Part shown: piece by piece, positions 50,746 through 59,227 of the stretch
Layout of the letters: each line of letters starts with the position of its first letter
Position numbering within the stretch: position 1 is the first letter of the stretch
DNA from: Gemmatimonadales bacterium
GTDB lineage: Bacteria; Gemmatimonadota; Gemmatimonadetes; Gemmatimonadales; GWC2-71-9
Assembly: GCA_046757925.1 (NCBI GenBank)
Contig: JBHHZE010000004.1
Span: forward strand, 3,263-67,262
Length of the DNA: 64,000 nucleotides
Reading direction: 5' to 3'
Made by a program: the position numbers and the translations under genes
Notes under the pieces: generated by a model
Database searches by the model: none
What the model saw: the letters and a program-made list of their open reading frames with translations, nothing else
Told to the model about the DNA's origin: nothing

Positions 50746-51013
50746 CGCCCATTTCCAGGTATTCACCCCTCAGATCCCAGTGCCAGGCCTCTACTCTCTC
50801 CAAGGTGGCGGGATGTTTGAGCGGCTTGTATTGGAGCAACTCGGGAGCCATGCCCAGCTTTCTGCCAGCCTCGAGCAGTAGGTTGCGGTCGGAAGACACG
50901 AGGTGCGCCATAGGTTCGCCCTCATGGGTAAACCGATGTAACCAAATCCCGCCCTCGAGCGCATGGGTCATACCGTCTCGCCGCCGCCCAAACTCACGCC
51001 ACAGCACAGTCAA
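50672..51013 (-). CDS. Hypothetical protein, DUF4031-like
   Basis: AHLVS...LLEAGRKLG...HWDL pattern; TTG start overlaps the pilin stop codon. Confidence 0.65.
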   Translation of the reverse strand: MTVLWREFGRRRDGMTHALEGGIWLHRFTHEGEPMAHLVSSDRNLLLEAGRKLGMAPELLQYKPLKHPATLERVEAWHWDLRGEYLEMGVRAACPQREPSVPRATSSNRPLCA

Positions 51014-51402
51014 CTGCAGGCCACCGTGCCCTCAGACGTAGATGTCCCCACGGGTGCCGCGTCGCCTATGAACACATAACACTTCACCGGAATTACGGTG
51101 TGCGTCGCTGTAGCAGACCAGCCTAAGATGGTGGCCTCATTTACTGTAACGCTTACCTCGGGACTGGTCCTGTAGCCAGCCGCTGCGAGTTTGGCGACTT
51201 CGTCGGTGTACGTGGCACGATCGTAGTAGTAGGACTCTTCGTGCATGGCAAACGTTCGGAGATCGCTTTTCATCGCCGCGACATAGACTCGGTCCTTGAA
51301 GCGCCTGAGCTTGGGCACGACGATGGCCGTGAGGAGTCCGATTACCGTGACCACCACGACTAGCTCTATGAAGGTGAATCCCTTGCGATCAGACAAGCGC
51401 AC
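51010..51402 (-). CDS. Type IV pilin-like protein (prepilin N-terminal cleavage/methylation motif)
   Basis: RKG|FTFIELVVVVTVIGLL...P; C-terminal Cys pair. Confidence 0.92.
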   Translation of the reverse strand: MRLSDRKGFTFIELVVVVTVIGLLTAIVVPKLRRFKDRVYVAAMKSDLRTFAMHEESYYYDRATYTDEVAKLAAAGYRTSPEVSVTVNEATILGWSATATHTVIPVKCYVFIGDAAPVGTSTSEGTVACS

Positions 51403-51449
51403 TACTCCGAAAAAACTCGGCTAAAGCGAATATTGCATATAAAGCCACC

Positions 51450-54203
51450 TCATCGCTTTGCGTCAAGCCAGTTGTCTCCAACCCCTATATCTACCACCAG
51501 CGGCACACTCAGCCGGGCGGCATTCTCCATCTCTGTCCGCACCAAGCCGCACACCGTGTCGATCTCCTCGATCGGAGCTTCTAGCACGAGTTCGTCGTGC
51601 ACCTGGAGCAACATGCCCGTCTTCAATCCGGTTCCCCTCAAGGCTCGTGCCAGATTGATCATGGCAATCTTGATCAAGTCTGCTGCCGAACCCTGCATTG
51701 GAGAGTTCATCGCGGTCCGCTCTCCAAACGCCCTCACGTTGTAGTTGGAATCGTGAAGTTCGGGAATGTACCGCCGCCGTCCGAAGATCGTTTCAACATA
51801 TCCGCGGTCCCTGGCCTGGCGGACCGTATCATCCAAGAACGTTCTTACGCCGGAAAAGCGGTCGAAATAGAGGCGAATAAAATCCTTAGCCTCTTCCTGC
51901 GATATGTCCAGCTGTCGTGACAGGGCAAAAGGGCCCTGGCCATAGATTGTGGCGAAGTTGATCGTCTTGGCCCGTGCTCGCATATCCGGTGTTACATCGC
52001 TGACCGAAACGTCGAATATGATGGCCGCTGTCTCTCGATGGATGTCTTCTCCGCTGGCGAACGCGCTAATGAATTTCGGGTCTTGAGATAAGTGTGCCAG
52101 CACGCGCAATTCTATCTGCGAATAATCGGCAACGACGAACCTGCAGCCGGACGCCGGCACAAAGCATTGACGTATCAACTCGCCCCGCGCGGTCCTTACC
52201 GGAATGTTCTGGAGATTCGGATTCGAGGATGACAGACGTCCCGTGGCGGCGCCGGTCTGATTGAAGCTGGTGTGAACGCGTCGTGTGGCGCGGTTTACAC
52301 TTTCCGGTAACACGTCGACGTACGTGGATTTCAGCTTGCTCAGTTCGCGGTAGCTGAGAAGCAGTTGCGGCACCTCGTACCCCATGGCGGCAAGCTGCCC
52401 CAGCACGGCGGCGTCCGTTGAAGCACCCGTCTTGGTTTTTCTCATGACCGGTAGCTGCAACTTTTCGAACAGGATATGGCGGAGTTGTGGAGTACTCTTG
52501 ATGTTGAACTCCGTACCAGCATGATCGTAGATATCCCGCTCGATTTGTGATAGTTCATCTGCGAACTCGCGCGAGAGTTGCGCGAGCCGTTCTACATCGA
52601 TTGCAATCCCACGCCACTCCATGTCGGCCAATACTTCGATGAGCGGTATTTCTATCGAGCGCAGTAGGGATCCGGCATTGACTTGATCGATTAGTCGGTC
52701 GAAATGCTCCTGGAGCATGAGCGAGGCGTTCACTGTCGCACAAGAGATCGCGGCCGCCTCGTCCAGCGCGAGTTCCGAAAACGCCCGGACCCGCCCCTTC
52801 CCTTTGCCGGCTCGTCGCCTTTGCGGCAATTGGATGTCGAGAAACTCTCGAGCCAACGCGTCCAGAGCGTGGGATCGCCGCCCGGGATCGAGGACGAAGC
52901 TCTCGAGCATGGAATCCCGGGTTACACCATTGAGCCGGACTCCTGCGTTTCGCAAGGCAAGGAAGCTTCGCTTTACATCATGCCCCACTTTCGCCACAGT
53001 GGCATCCTCCAGCAGCTGGGTCAGCGGCCCCATCTCTGGAGCGTCGAGCTGCGGAAGGTTCACCCGGGGGTCGCCGACGGAGAGCTCTCCAACCGCGCTC
53101 CCGTGTTCGAACGGAAAATACCAGGCCGACCCCTGCGACACGGCGAGCCCCAGTCCCACCAAGGATCCTCGAGCGGCTTCTCCATCCGAACAGGCGTCAA
53201 CGCACACATGGCGGGCTCCACGTAGCGTCTTCACGATCTCGGCCAACTCAGACGGAGAAGCCACCACCCGGTGTGCGGCCGAAGCCACGGTGGGCTCGGC
53301 GCGAGGGGATCCAACCTTCTTGGTCAGTGAATTGAACTCTAGTTCACTGTAGATCCGAAGAAGCGATGTGCTATCGGGGCTACGAACTTGGAGCCGTTCG
53401 GTGTCCAACTCAACCGGCACGTCGCACCGAATGGTTACTAGCTCGCGACTCAGTCGCGCTTCGGCCTCATGAGCGATCAAGGCTTCGCGAGCACGTTTCC
53501 CTTTCACTTCCTCACGGTGTTCAATGATCGCATCCAAATCTCCATAGATCTCGATCAACGACCGGGCGGTCTTGTCGCCGATGCCCTTGACGCCTGGGAC
53601 ATTGTCGGACGAATCACCCACCAGGGCGAGGTAATCCACCACACGCTCCGGTGGTACACCCAAACGATCACTGGCGTTTTCCACGCCAATCAGTTCCTCG
53701 CTGACGGGAGACGGTCCTCCGCGTCCGGGGTTCAACAACAGCACGTTGCGGGATATCAGCTGATAGAAGTCCTTGTCTCCAGACACGATGATCGCGCGAA
53801 GATTCTGCTCCGTGGCCTTCGCTGCAAGCGTGCCTATTACGTCATCTGCCTCATACCCATCTACCTCAACCAAAGTGATGTTGAATGCATCTAACAGTGT
53901 CTCGACGCGCTCGATCGAACGGTCGAAATCGGCCTGCAACTCATCATCGAGCTTCTGTCTCGTCGCCTTGTATTCTGGATATTGCTCGGTGCGAAAAGAG
54001 GTCCCTGCGTCATGTACCCAAGCTACGTAGCCGGGGTCGTGTCGCTCGAAGAGCCGGTGAAGGAAGTTCGCCACACCCCAAACCGCCGACGTGTTTTCGC
54101 CGCGGCTGGTCCGTAACGGCCGACTGATCATCGCGAAGAATGCGCGGTAGATCAGGGCATAACCATCTATGAGAAATATCTCGGGCAAATTTTCTGCGGT
54201 CAT
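51450..54203 (-). CDS. polA: DNA polymerase I
   Basis: 5'-3' exonuclease (LIDG, YEADD, SGDKD); polymerase motifs ATGRLSS, ADYSQIELR, RARAKTINF and LQVHDEL. Confidence 0.98.
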   Translation of the reverse strand: MTAENLPEIFLIDGYALIYRAFFAMISRPLRTSRGENTSAVWGVANFLHRLFERHDPGYVAWVHDAGTSFRTEQYPEYKATRQKLDDELQADFDRSIERVETLLDAFNITLVEVDGYEADDVIGTLAAKATEQNLRAIIVSGDKDFYQLISRNVLLLNPGRGGPSPVSEELIGVENASDRLGVPPERVVDYLALVGDSSDNVPGVKGIGDKTARSLIEIYGDLDAIIEHREEVKGKRAREALIAHEAEARLSRELVTIRCDVPVELDTERLQVRSPDSTSLLRIYSELEFNSLTKKVGSPRAEPTVASAAHRVVASPSELAEIVKTLRGARHVCVDACSDGEAARGSLVGLGLAVSQGSAWYFPFEHGSAVGELSVGDPRVNLPQLDAPEMGPLTQLLEDATVAKVGHDVKRSFLALRNAGVRLNGVTRDSMLESFVLDPGRRSHALDALAREFLDIQLPQRRRAGKGKGRVRAFSELALDEAAAISCATVNASLMLQEHFDRLIDQVNAGSLLRSIEIPLIEVLADMEWRGIAIDVERLAQLSREFADELSQIERDIYDHAGTEFNIKSTPQLRHILFEKLQLPVMRKTKTGASTDAAVLGQLAAMGYEVPQLLLSYRELSKLKSTYVDVLPESVNRATRRVHTSFNQTGAATGRLSSSNPNLQNIPVRTARGELIRQCFVPASGCRFVVADYSQIELRVLAHLSQDPKFISAFASGEDIHRETAAIIFDVSVSDVTPDMRARAKTINFATIYGQGPFALSRQLDISQEEAKDFIRLYFDRFSGVRTFLDDTVRQARDRGYVETIFGRRRYIPELHDSNYNVRAFGERTAMNSPMQGSAADLIKIAMINLARALRGTGLKTGMLLQVHDELVLEAPIEEIDTVCGLVRTEMENAARLSVPLVVDIGVGDNWLDAKR

Positions 54204-54219
54204 GGCCAGATAATAGCGC

Positions 54220-54264
54220 AAAAAGAACGGCCCCGCCCACCAGAAACTCCTGGAGCGGGGCCGT
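54220..54264 (-). terminator. Intrinsic terminator after the cold-shock gene
   Basis: 10-bp stem ACGGCCCCGC/GCGGGGCCGT followed by TCTTTTT on the minus strand. Confidence 0.85.
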
Positions 54265-54282
54265 AACGGTCACATTGATGAG

Positions 54283-54486
54283 CTATAGTTGGACAACCTG
54301 GCTCGCACTGAGCCCCTTCTCTCCATCCTTGAGCTCGAACTCCACTTCTTGCCCCTCGCGTAGAGTCCGGAATCCGTCCGCCTGAATCGCGGAGAAATGA
54401 ACGAATACGTCCTCCCCCCCCAAAACTTGCTCAATAAACCCATAGCCCTTTGAGTCGTTGAACCACTTCACCTTCCCACGTGACAT
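54283..54486 (-). CDS. Cold-shock protein (CspA family)
   Basis: [15 protein letters not shown] and DVFVHFSAI motifs; SD AGGAGG. Confidence 0.97.
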   Translation of the reverse strand: MSRGKVKWFNDSKGYGFIEQVLGGEDVFVHFSAIQADGFRTLREGQEVEFELKDGEKGLSASQVVQL

Positions 54487-54549
54487 TTGCCCTCCTGCGA
54501 TCATTGGATTGATAGACCCGGATCAGCCCACAACCAGCCCAACGTTCTC

Positions 54550-54579
54550 ATTTTGCTGCATCGAGTGGGGAGCTGTCAA
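54550..54579 (-). promoter_or_regulatory. Candidate sigma70 promoter of the cold-shock gene
   Basis: Minus strand TTGACA-18 bp-CAAAAT. Confidence 0.5.
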
Positions 54580-55121
54580 GTCAAAAGCCAGATTGCTAGG
54601 GCGACCGCCGGAGCGATGATCAAGTTGTCGTCCAGAATACCCGACCAGCGCTCAAAAACCGCGGCCGCGACGGCCGCGAGAATGACAGCGATCCAGGGCA
54701 ATCCGAGGCACACCAGCACGAGCGCTGCGACCAGTGCGCCTGCCGCCGACCCCCTCCAAGTCTTCTTGCCCGGGATGCCTCCCATTGTACCAATCAACGA
54801 AGCTGCCGGATCAGCGGTGGCCGCGACGAGAACTCCAGCTGCCGGCGCGGGCGGTGGAAACCACGCCGCAAGTGCGTAGCCCAACATGAGCCAGCTCGCG
54901 CCACTCAACCGGCGCATCTCGGTTTCCCGAAAAACGGGAACCAGGCGTTGCAATGACCTACCGATGTTGGGGCTCGCAACCCGGGCGGTGTCGAGAGTCA
55001 GCGAGATTAGGGCCAGGGTGACCAGCAGCCAGCGGAGAACCGTCCATGATCCGAGCGGCACAGCCAACATCAACAACGCAGTACTAACGTGGATCAGCCG
55101 CCGAATTCCAGGTTCCTTCAA
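54576..55121 (-). CDS. Dolichol/phytol kinase-like membrane protein (cytidylyltransferase family)
   Basis: RRLIH, ADPAASLIG, GKKTWRGS and DDNL motifs; hydrophobic. Confidence 0.8.
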   Translation of the reverse strand: MKEPGIRRLIHVSTALLMLAVPLGSWTVLRWLLVTLALISLTLDTARVASPNIGRSLQRLVPVFRETEMRRLSGASWLMLGYALAAWFPPPAPAAGVLVAATADPAASLIGTMGGIPGKKTWRGSAAGALVAALVLVCLGLPWIAVILAAVAAAVFERWSGILDDNLIIAPAVALAIWLLT

Positions 55122-57346
55122 GGAGAGTCGTCGACCTCAGCCCGAACGGGCGGGTAGAGCGCCCGGTAGAGTTCGGCGTTACGCATAACCGTCTTGAGAT
55201 AGCCCCGCGTTTCCACATAGCTGACGGCCTCAACAAACCGCACCGGGTCTTCGGCACCGGCACGCCTCAGCCACCTCCGCACGGGAGTGCCGCCCGCATT
55301 GTAGGCAGCCAGGGCCGGAGCTACTGCACCATCATAGTGCCTCAGCAAAGCTGCAAAGTGAGCCACGCCAAGATGGAGGTTGGCGTCAGCCACGAGCAGC
55401 AGTCTCCGATCCCACCTGACGGAAAGGCCTCGGGCCACCTGCCGTCCCGTAACAGGCATGAGCTGCATCAGTCCGTTGGCTCCAGCTCGCGAGACCGCAC
55501 TGGCCTTGAAAGACGATTCCTGACGGATCAGTCCGGCCAGCAGGTACGGATCGACGTCGAACTTGCGCGCCTCCGCTTCAATGACTTCCCGCATCGGCCA
55601 CGGGAAAATGACTCGCAGGACGCGAGGATGATTGAGCGTGTACGCCTGCGCCGCACGCCAGCCAAGCCTAACCCCTTCGGTCGTACGGCCCCGCTCGATT
55701 AGCCCCTCTGCCAGATCTAGTAGCTCGTTTGCCGCTCGTGGCCGAGGCTCCATCAGGAACGCTATCAAGAGTTCTGCCTCTTCCTCGAAGAAAAGGTCCT
55801 CGAGAACGTCCAAAGTCGTCAGCGCCTCCATGGCAGACCGTGTCAGTGGAGGCTGTCCCGCCTGTTCAACCGTCAAGGGCGGTAACCCGGCTGCCGCACG
55901 TGCAATCGTTCCGTAATAACCGATCGAGTCGCGGCGCGCCAACACCGCCCAGAGACCACGGGCTTCAACGCTGTCCCCAGCAGCGGCCAACAACTCACCC
56001 ATGCGATATTGTGCCGCGTTTCTTTCCACTCCGGACCTCGTGACCTCGAGCTGGTACCAATCGAGGGCAGCCGCGGTGTCGGCCGAAGCTAGCGCATGCC
56101 GGGCCAGGTCAATGCGTGCCCGGGATGCAAGAGTGGAACGCGGCCAGCGCTCCGAGATCGCCGCGTACAGACGGTAACCCTCGTCGAGTCGGTTGGCCCG
56201 AATTCGGCGTTTCGCAACCAGATAGAGTGCCTCGGGGGCTCGCGGGTGCGTCGGGTTATCTTGTGCAAATCTTTCCAGCGTCGCGATGCCGGCGCTCACG
56301 CGCCCCAGCCGCAGTTCGAGCCGACCCTTACGAAACGCCGCCGTCAGGGCTGTGCTGCCACCCAACTCGGCGGCATTCGCATATGCCCTGAGAGCTCGAA
56401 CACGCTGTCCGCTGTGGGACAGCAGATCAGCCCATAAGAGCAAGGCATCAGCGTTTGGCGGACCGATCTCGACGGCCTTCGCCGCCCAGCGTACTGCGGA
56501 GCGGGCACCATGCAGCCTCTGGGTCGCGCGCGCAAGCGTGAGGAAGTCACGCTGCTTCTTTGGCGGTAGGCGAGACGAAAAAGCAATCGCTTGGCCTACC
56601 CGAGCCGCATCCCGGTCGCCCAACGCACCGTAGGTCAAGGTTCTAGCTTGGGTGGTATCACCACTCGCAAGGGCCAGGGCGGCGGCCCTCACCGGCAACC
56701 GCGCCGCCATCAATGCCTCGGTGGCGCCAGCCGTGTCCGAGGCCGCCAACCGGAGCTCTGCCACTGCCCGCGAGGCCAGGACTCGCGCCGGGTCTGGCAC
56801 AACCTCCAAGAGGGAAAACGCACGGACCGTGTCCGCTAATGTTCGTGCCAGTCGTATGGAGATCCAATCTGCCACCTCGGGTAGCAGGACCGACGCGATC
56901 TGATACTCGGTGTGAGCGGATTCACGGTGGCCCGCTTGTTCGAAGGCGGCACCCGCCCGTGCTGCGAAAACACCTCGCTCGCGCTTCCGAGAGACCGCTG
57001 CCGCTGCGGCAAAGTGAGCAGCGGCACTGTCAAACCTCCCCAGCCTATATTGAATCTCGCCCCAAATACCCGCCCACTGAACATCCCACTCGTTGGTCAC
57101 ACGATGTTTATGAATGAGAGCAGCGGCGCGCTTGGGTCTGCCCAAAAGCAACTCGAGACGTGCCGCCCTATAGACGATCCCAGGATCGGTCGAGGGTTCC
57201 CCCAGCTTGGCTTCGACTTCCACGGCCTCATGCCACACCGCCGTCGGTCTGGGCGAGCTGCTCGCGCCCTGACCGAGCACCGAGCGCGGGGCCAGTGTTA
57301 CCACCGTACTGATCAGTACTACGGCACGGAACGTAGTCTTATCCAC
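55118..57346 (-). CDS. Soluble lytic transglycosylase (SLT) with TPR-like helical repeats; start uncertain
   Basis: IRQES, GLMQLMP, ALAAYNAG and ETRGY motifs; signal-peptide-like N terminus from GTG 57346. Confidence 0.92.
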   Translation of the reverse strand: MDKTTFRAVVLISTVVTLAPRSVLGQGASSSPRPTAVWHEAVEVEAKLGEPSTDPGIVYRAARLELLLGRPKRAAALIHKHRVTNEWDVQWAGIWGEIQYRLGRFDSAAAHFAAAAAVSRKRERGVFAARAGAAFEQAGHRESAHTEYQIASVLLPEVADWISIRLARTLADTVRAFSLLEVVPDPARVLASRAVAELRLAASDTAGATEALMAARLPVRAAALALASGDTTQARTLTYGALGDRDAARVGQAIAFSSRLPPKKQRDFLTLARATQRLHGARSAVRWAAKAVEIGPPNADALLLWADLLSHSGQRVRALRAYANAAELGGSTALTAAFRKGRLELRLGRVSAGIATLERFAQDNPTHPRAPEALYLVAKRRIRANRLDEGYRLYAAISERWPRSTLASRARIDLARHALASADTAAALDWYQLEVTRSGVERNAAQYRMGELLAAAGDSVEARGLWAVLARRDSIGYYGTIARAAAGLPPLTVEQAGQPPLTRSAMEALTTLDVLEDLFFEEEAELLIAFLMEPRPRAANELLDLAEGLIERGRTTEGVRLGWRAAQAYTLNHPRVLRVIFPWPMREVIEAEARKFDVDPYLLAGLIRQESSFKASAVSRAGANGLMQLMPVTGRQVARGLSVRWDRRLLLVADANLHLGVAHFAALLRHYDGAVAPALAAYNAGGTPVRRWLRRAGAEDPVRFVEAVSYVETRGYLKTVMRNAELYRALYPPVRAEVDDSP

Positions 57347-57691
57347 AATCCCTTCATTCCCGGCGCTTGATCTGACGGCACAACAAATCCCAACCAACTC
57401 CTCCCTCACCAAACAAGCACTCCCGCCGGGGACTTCGTTCCCCGAGCCCCTGAGGCCGGTTGCGGCAGAACGCTTTACGCCAGACGTGTAAAGCCCAGAG
57501 TTGCATTAACTTATGACAGTTTTCATGCGACGTGGCCGCCAACCGGTCGCAACACACCCAGGCTGCAATAACTGTTGCAATTGTCGGACCGCCGCGCCAA
57601 CAGCTCTCACATCGACCCATGTAAGATGGCAGAGGGCTCATGTGAAGCTGACTTGCAGTCGTTCAGGCACGGTTGTTACTTTCGCGCTCCA

Positions 57692-58609
57692 ATGGCTACA
57701 GAGAATCACACGGGCCGCACGATTGCGGGATATCACTTGCTCGAGCAGGTGGGGGAGGGCGGCACCGCTATCGTATACAAGGCCGAACATCCCGAACGTG
57801 GTGTTTGTGCCGTCAAGATTCTCAAAGAACGGATGCAAAAGGACGCTACGGCTGTCAAACGCTTCCTGCGGGAGGCAGGCTATGGCGCCAGAGTCGACCA
57901 CCCTTCGGTGGTGCGAACATTTGAATACGACGAGGACGACGGAACTTACTATCTGGCGCTCGAATGGGTTAGCGGAGAGCCTCTGTCGAAGTTTGTGGAG
58001 CGCTCCGGGCGAATCGCTCCCGAACTCGTGGCCGACATCGTTGCGCAGCTGGCAGACGGGCTCGTGGCATCACACAAGGTTGGTATCATCCATCGGGATT
58101 TGAAGCCGGAGAACATCGTTTACGACCCGGAGACAAAGATCGTGAAGTTGCTCGACTTTGGGATCGCCCGCGATGCGCAGGAAGCACCGTCCGAACGTCT
58201 CACCCGCACGGGGTTTTTTGTCGGGACACTGCAATACGTGGCCCCGGAGGCTCTTTCGGGTGAGCTGGTTGGGGAGGCAGCCGACATCTACAGTGTGGCG
58301 AAGATCGCCTATTACATGCTGACGGGAGTCCATCCGCAATCGGGGCGTTCTCCGCGGGAGGTGTTCCAGCAACTCCTCACTCAACCACCCACGCCGCTCA
58401 ATCAGGCGGTGAAGGGCCTGAAGTTCCCGGCGGAATTGGAGGCAGCGATCATGAAAGGGCTGGCACGCGAGCCCTCGGCGAGGCAGGCCTCGGTGCGCGA
58501 GCTAGCTGACGATATTGCCCGAGGTATCAAGTCCGAGCCCTCGAGCAGCATGGGTGGCGGGTTCTTGGGGAACCTCAAGTCACTCCTGAACCGAAGCCAT
58601 AAAGATTAG
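57692..58609 (+). CDS. Hanks-type Ser/Thr protein kinase (kinase domain only)
   Basis: GEGGTAIVY, AVK, HRDLKPEN, DFGIA and GTLQYVAPE motifs; start MATEN. Confidence 0.94.
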   Translation: MATENHTGRTIAGYHLLEQVGEGGTAIVYKAEHPERGVCAVKILKERMQKDATAVKRFLREAGYGARVDHPSVVRTFEYDEDDGTYYLALEWVSGEPLSKFVERSGRIAPELVADIVAQLADGLVASHKVGIIHRDLKPENIVYDPETKIVKLLDFGIARDAQEAPSERLTRTGFFVGTLQYVAPEALSGELVGEAADIYSVAKIAYYMLTGVHPQSGRSPREVFQQLLTQPPTPLNQAVKGLKFPAELEAAIMKGLAREPSARQASVRELADDIARGIKSEPSSSMGGGFLGNLKSLLNRSHKD

Positions 58610-58629
58610 TAGTAGTAGCCACTACTACT
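58608..58629. promoter_or_regulatory. Palindrome AGTAGTAGT-AGCC-ACTACTACT (second copy of the TrmB-associated motif)
   Basis: Perfect 9-bp arms; 16/18 identical to 1166-1183. Confidence 0.55.
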
Positions 58630-58675
58630 GCCATTTCAGACCACGGGGACTAGCATAGACCACTTTTCCGCGCTC

Positions 58676-59224
58676 ATGAAACTGCTTAGGGAGCGCTCTT
58701 ACCAAGTTGGATCGTTCACGTTGGCCTCTGGGCAAGAAACCCGCCACTACATCGATGCCCGGCGCACCACCATGTCATCAGCCGGACTGGAACTCATAGG
58801 GCACCTTGGGTTGGCTGAGATCCGGCGAGCCAATTGGCGCCCCCAAGTGATCGGGGGACTCACATTGGGAGCAGATCCGATATCGTACGCGATCGCCCTC
58901 GCAAGCCGGCACGATCCTCCTCAACTGGATGCGTTCACGGTGCGAAAAGAACGAAAACGCCACGGTCTGGCTCGCCAGATCGAAGGATGTTTCTGGAACG
59001 GGGCCCGCGTGGTGGTCATCGAAGACGTGGTCACTACCGGCGGATCCGCGCTAAGGGCCATCGAGATTCTGGGCCAGGAAGGTGCCGCGATAGCCGGAGT
59101 ACTTACTGTGGTAGATAGGCAGGAAGGTGGAAAAGAGGCAATTGAGCGTGCAGGATACAGTCTGAGGTCGTTGGTTACGCTGGCCGATCTGGTCGGAGAC
59201 ACTGCGCTCGATCCGATCGACTGA
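58676..59224 (+). CDS. pyrE: Orotate phosphoribosyltransferase (possible ATA start at 58655)
   Basis: FTLASG...YID, VRKERKRHG...IEG and PRPP loop VIEDVVTTGGS. Confidence 0.94.
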   Translation: MKLLRERSYQVGSFTLASGQETRHYIDARRTTMSSAGLELIGHLGLAEIRRANWRPQVIGGLTLGADPISYAIALASRHDPPQLDAFTVRKERKRHGLARQIEGCFWNGARVVVIEDVVTTGGSALRAIEILGQEGAAIAGVLTVVDRQEGGKEAIERAGYSLRSLVTLADLVGDTALDPID

Positions 59225-59227
59225 ATC

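Noticed and set aside
57664-57682. sigma54 promoter candidates (AGGCAC-N5-TTAC here; TGGCAC near 5165 and 43270)
   Set aside because: None has the required -12 GC at the right spacing.
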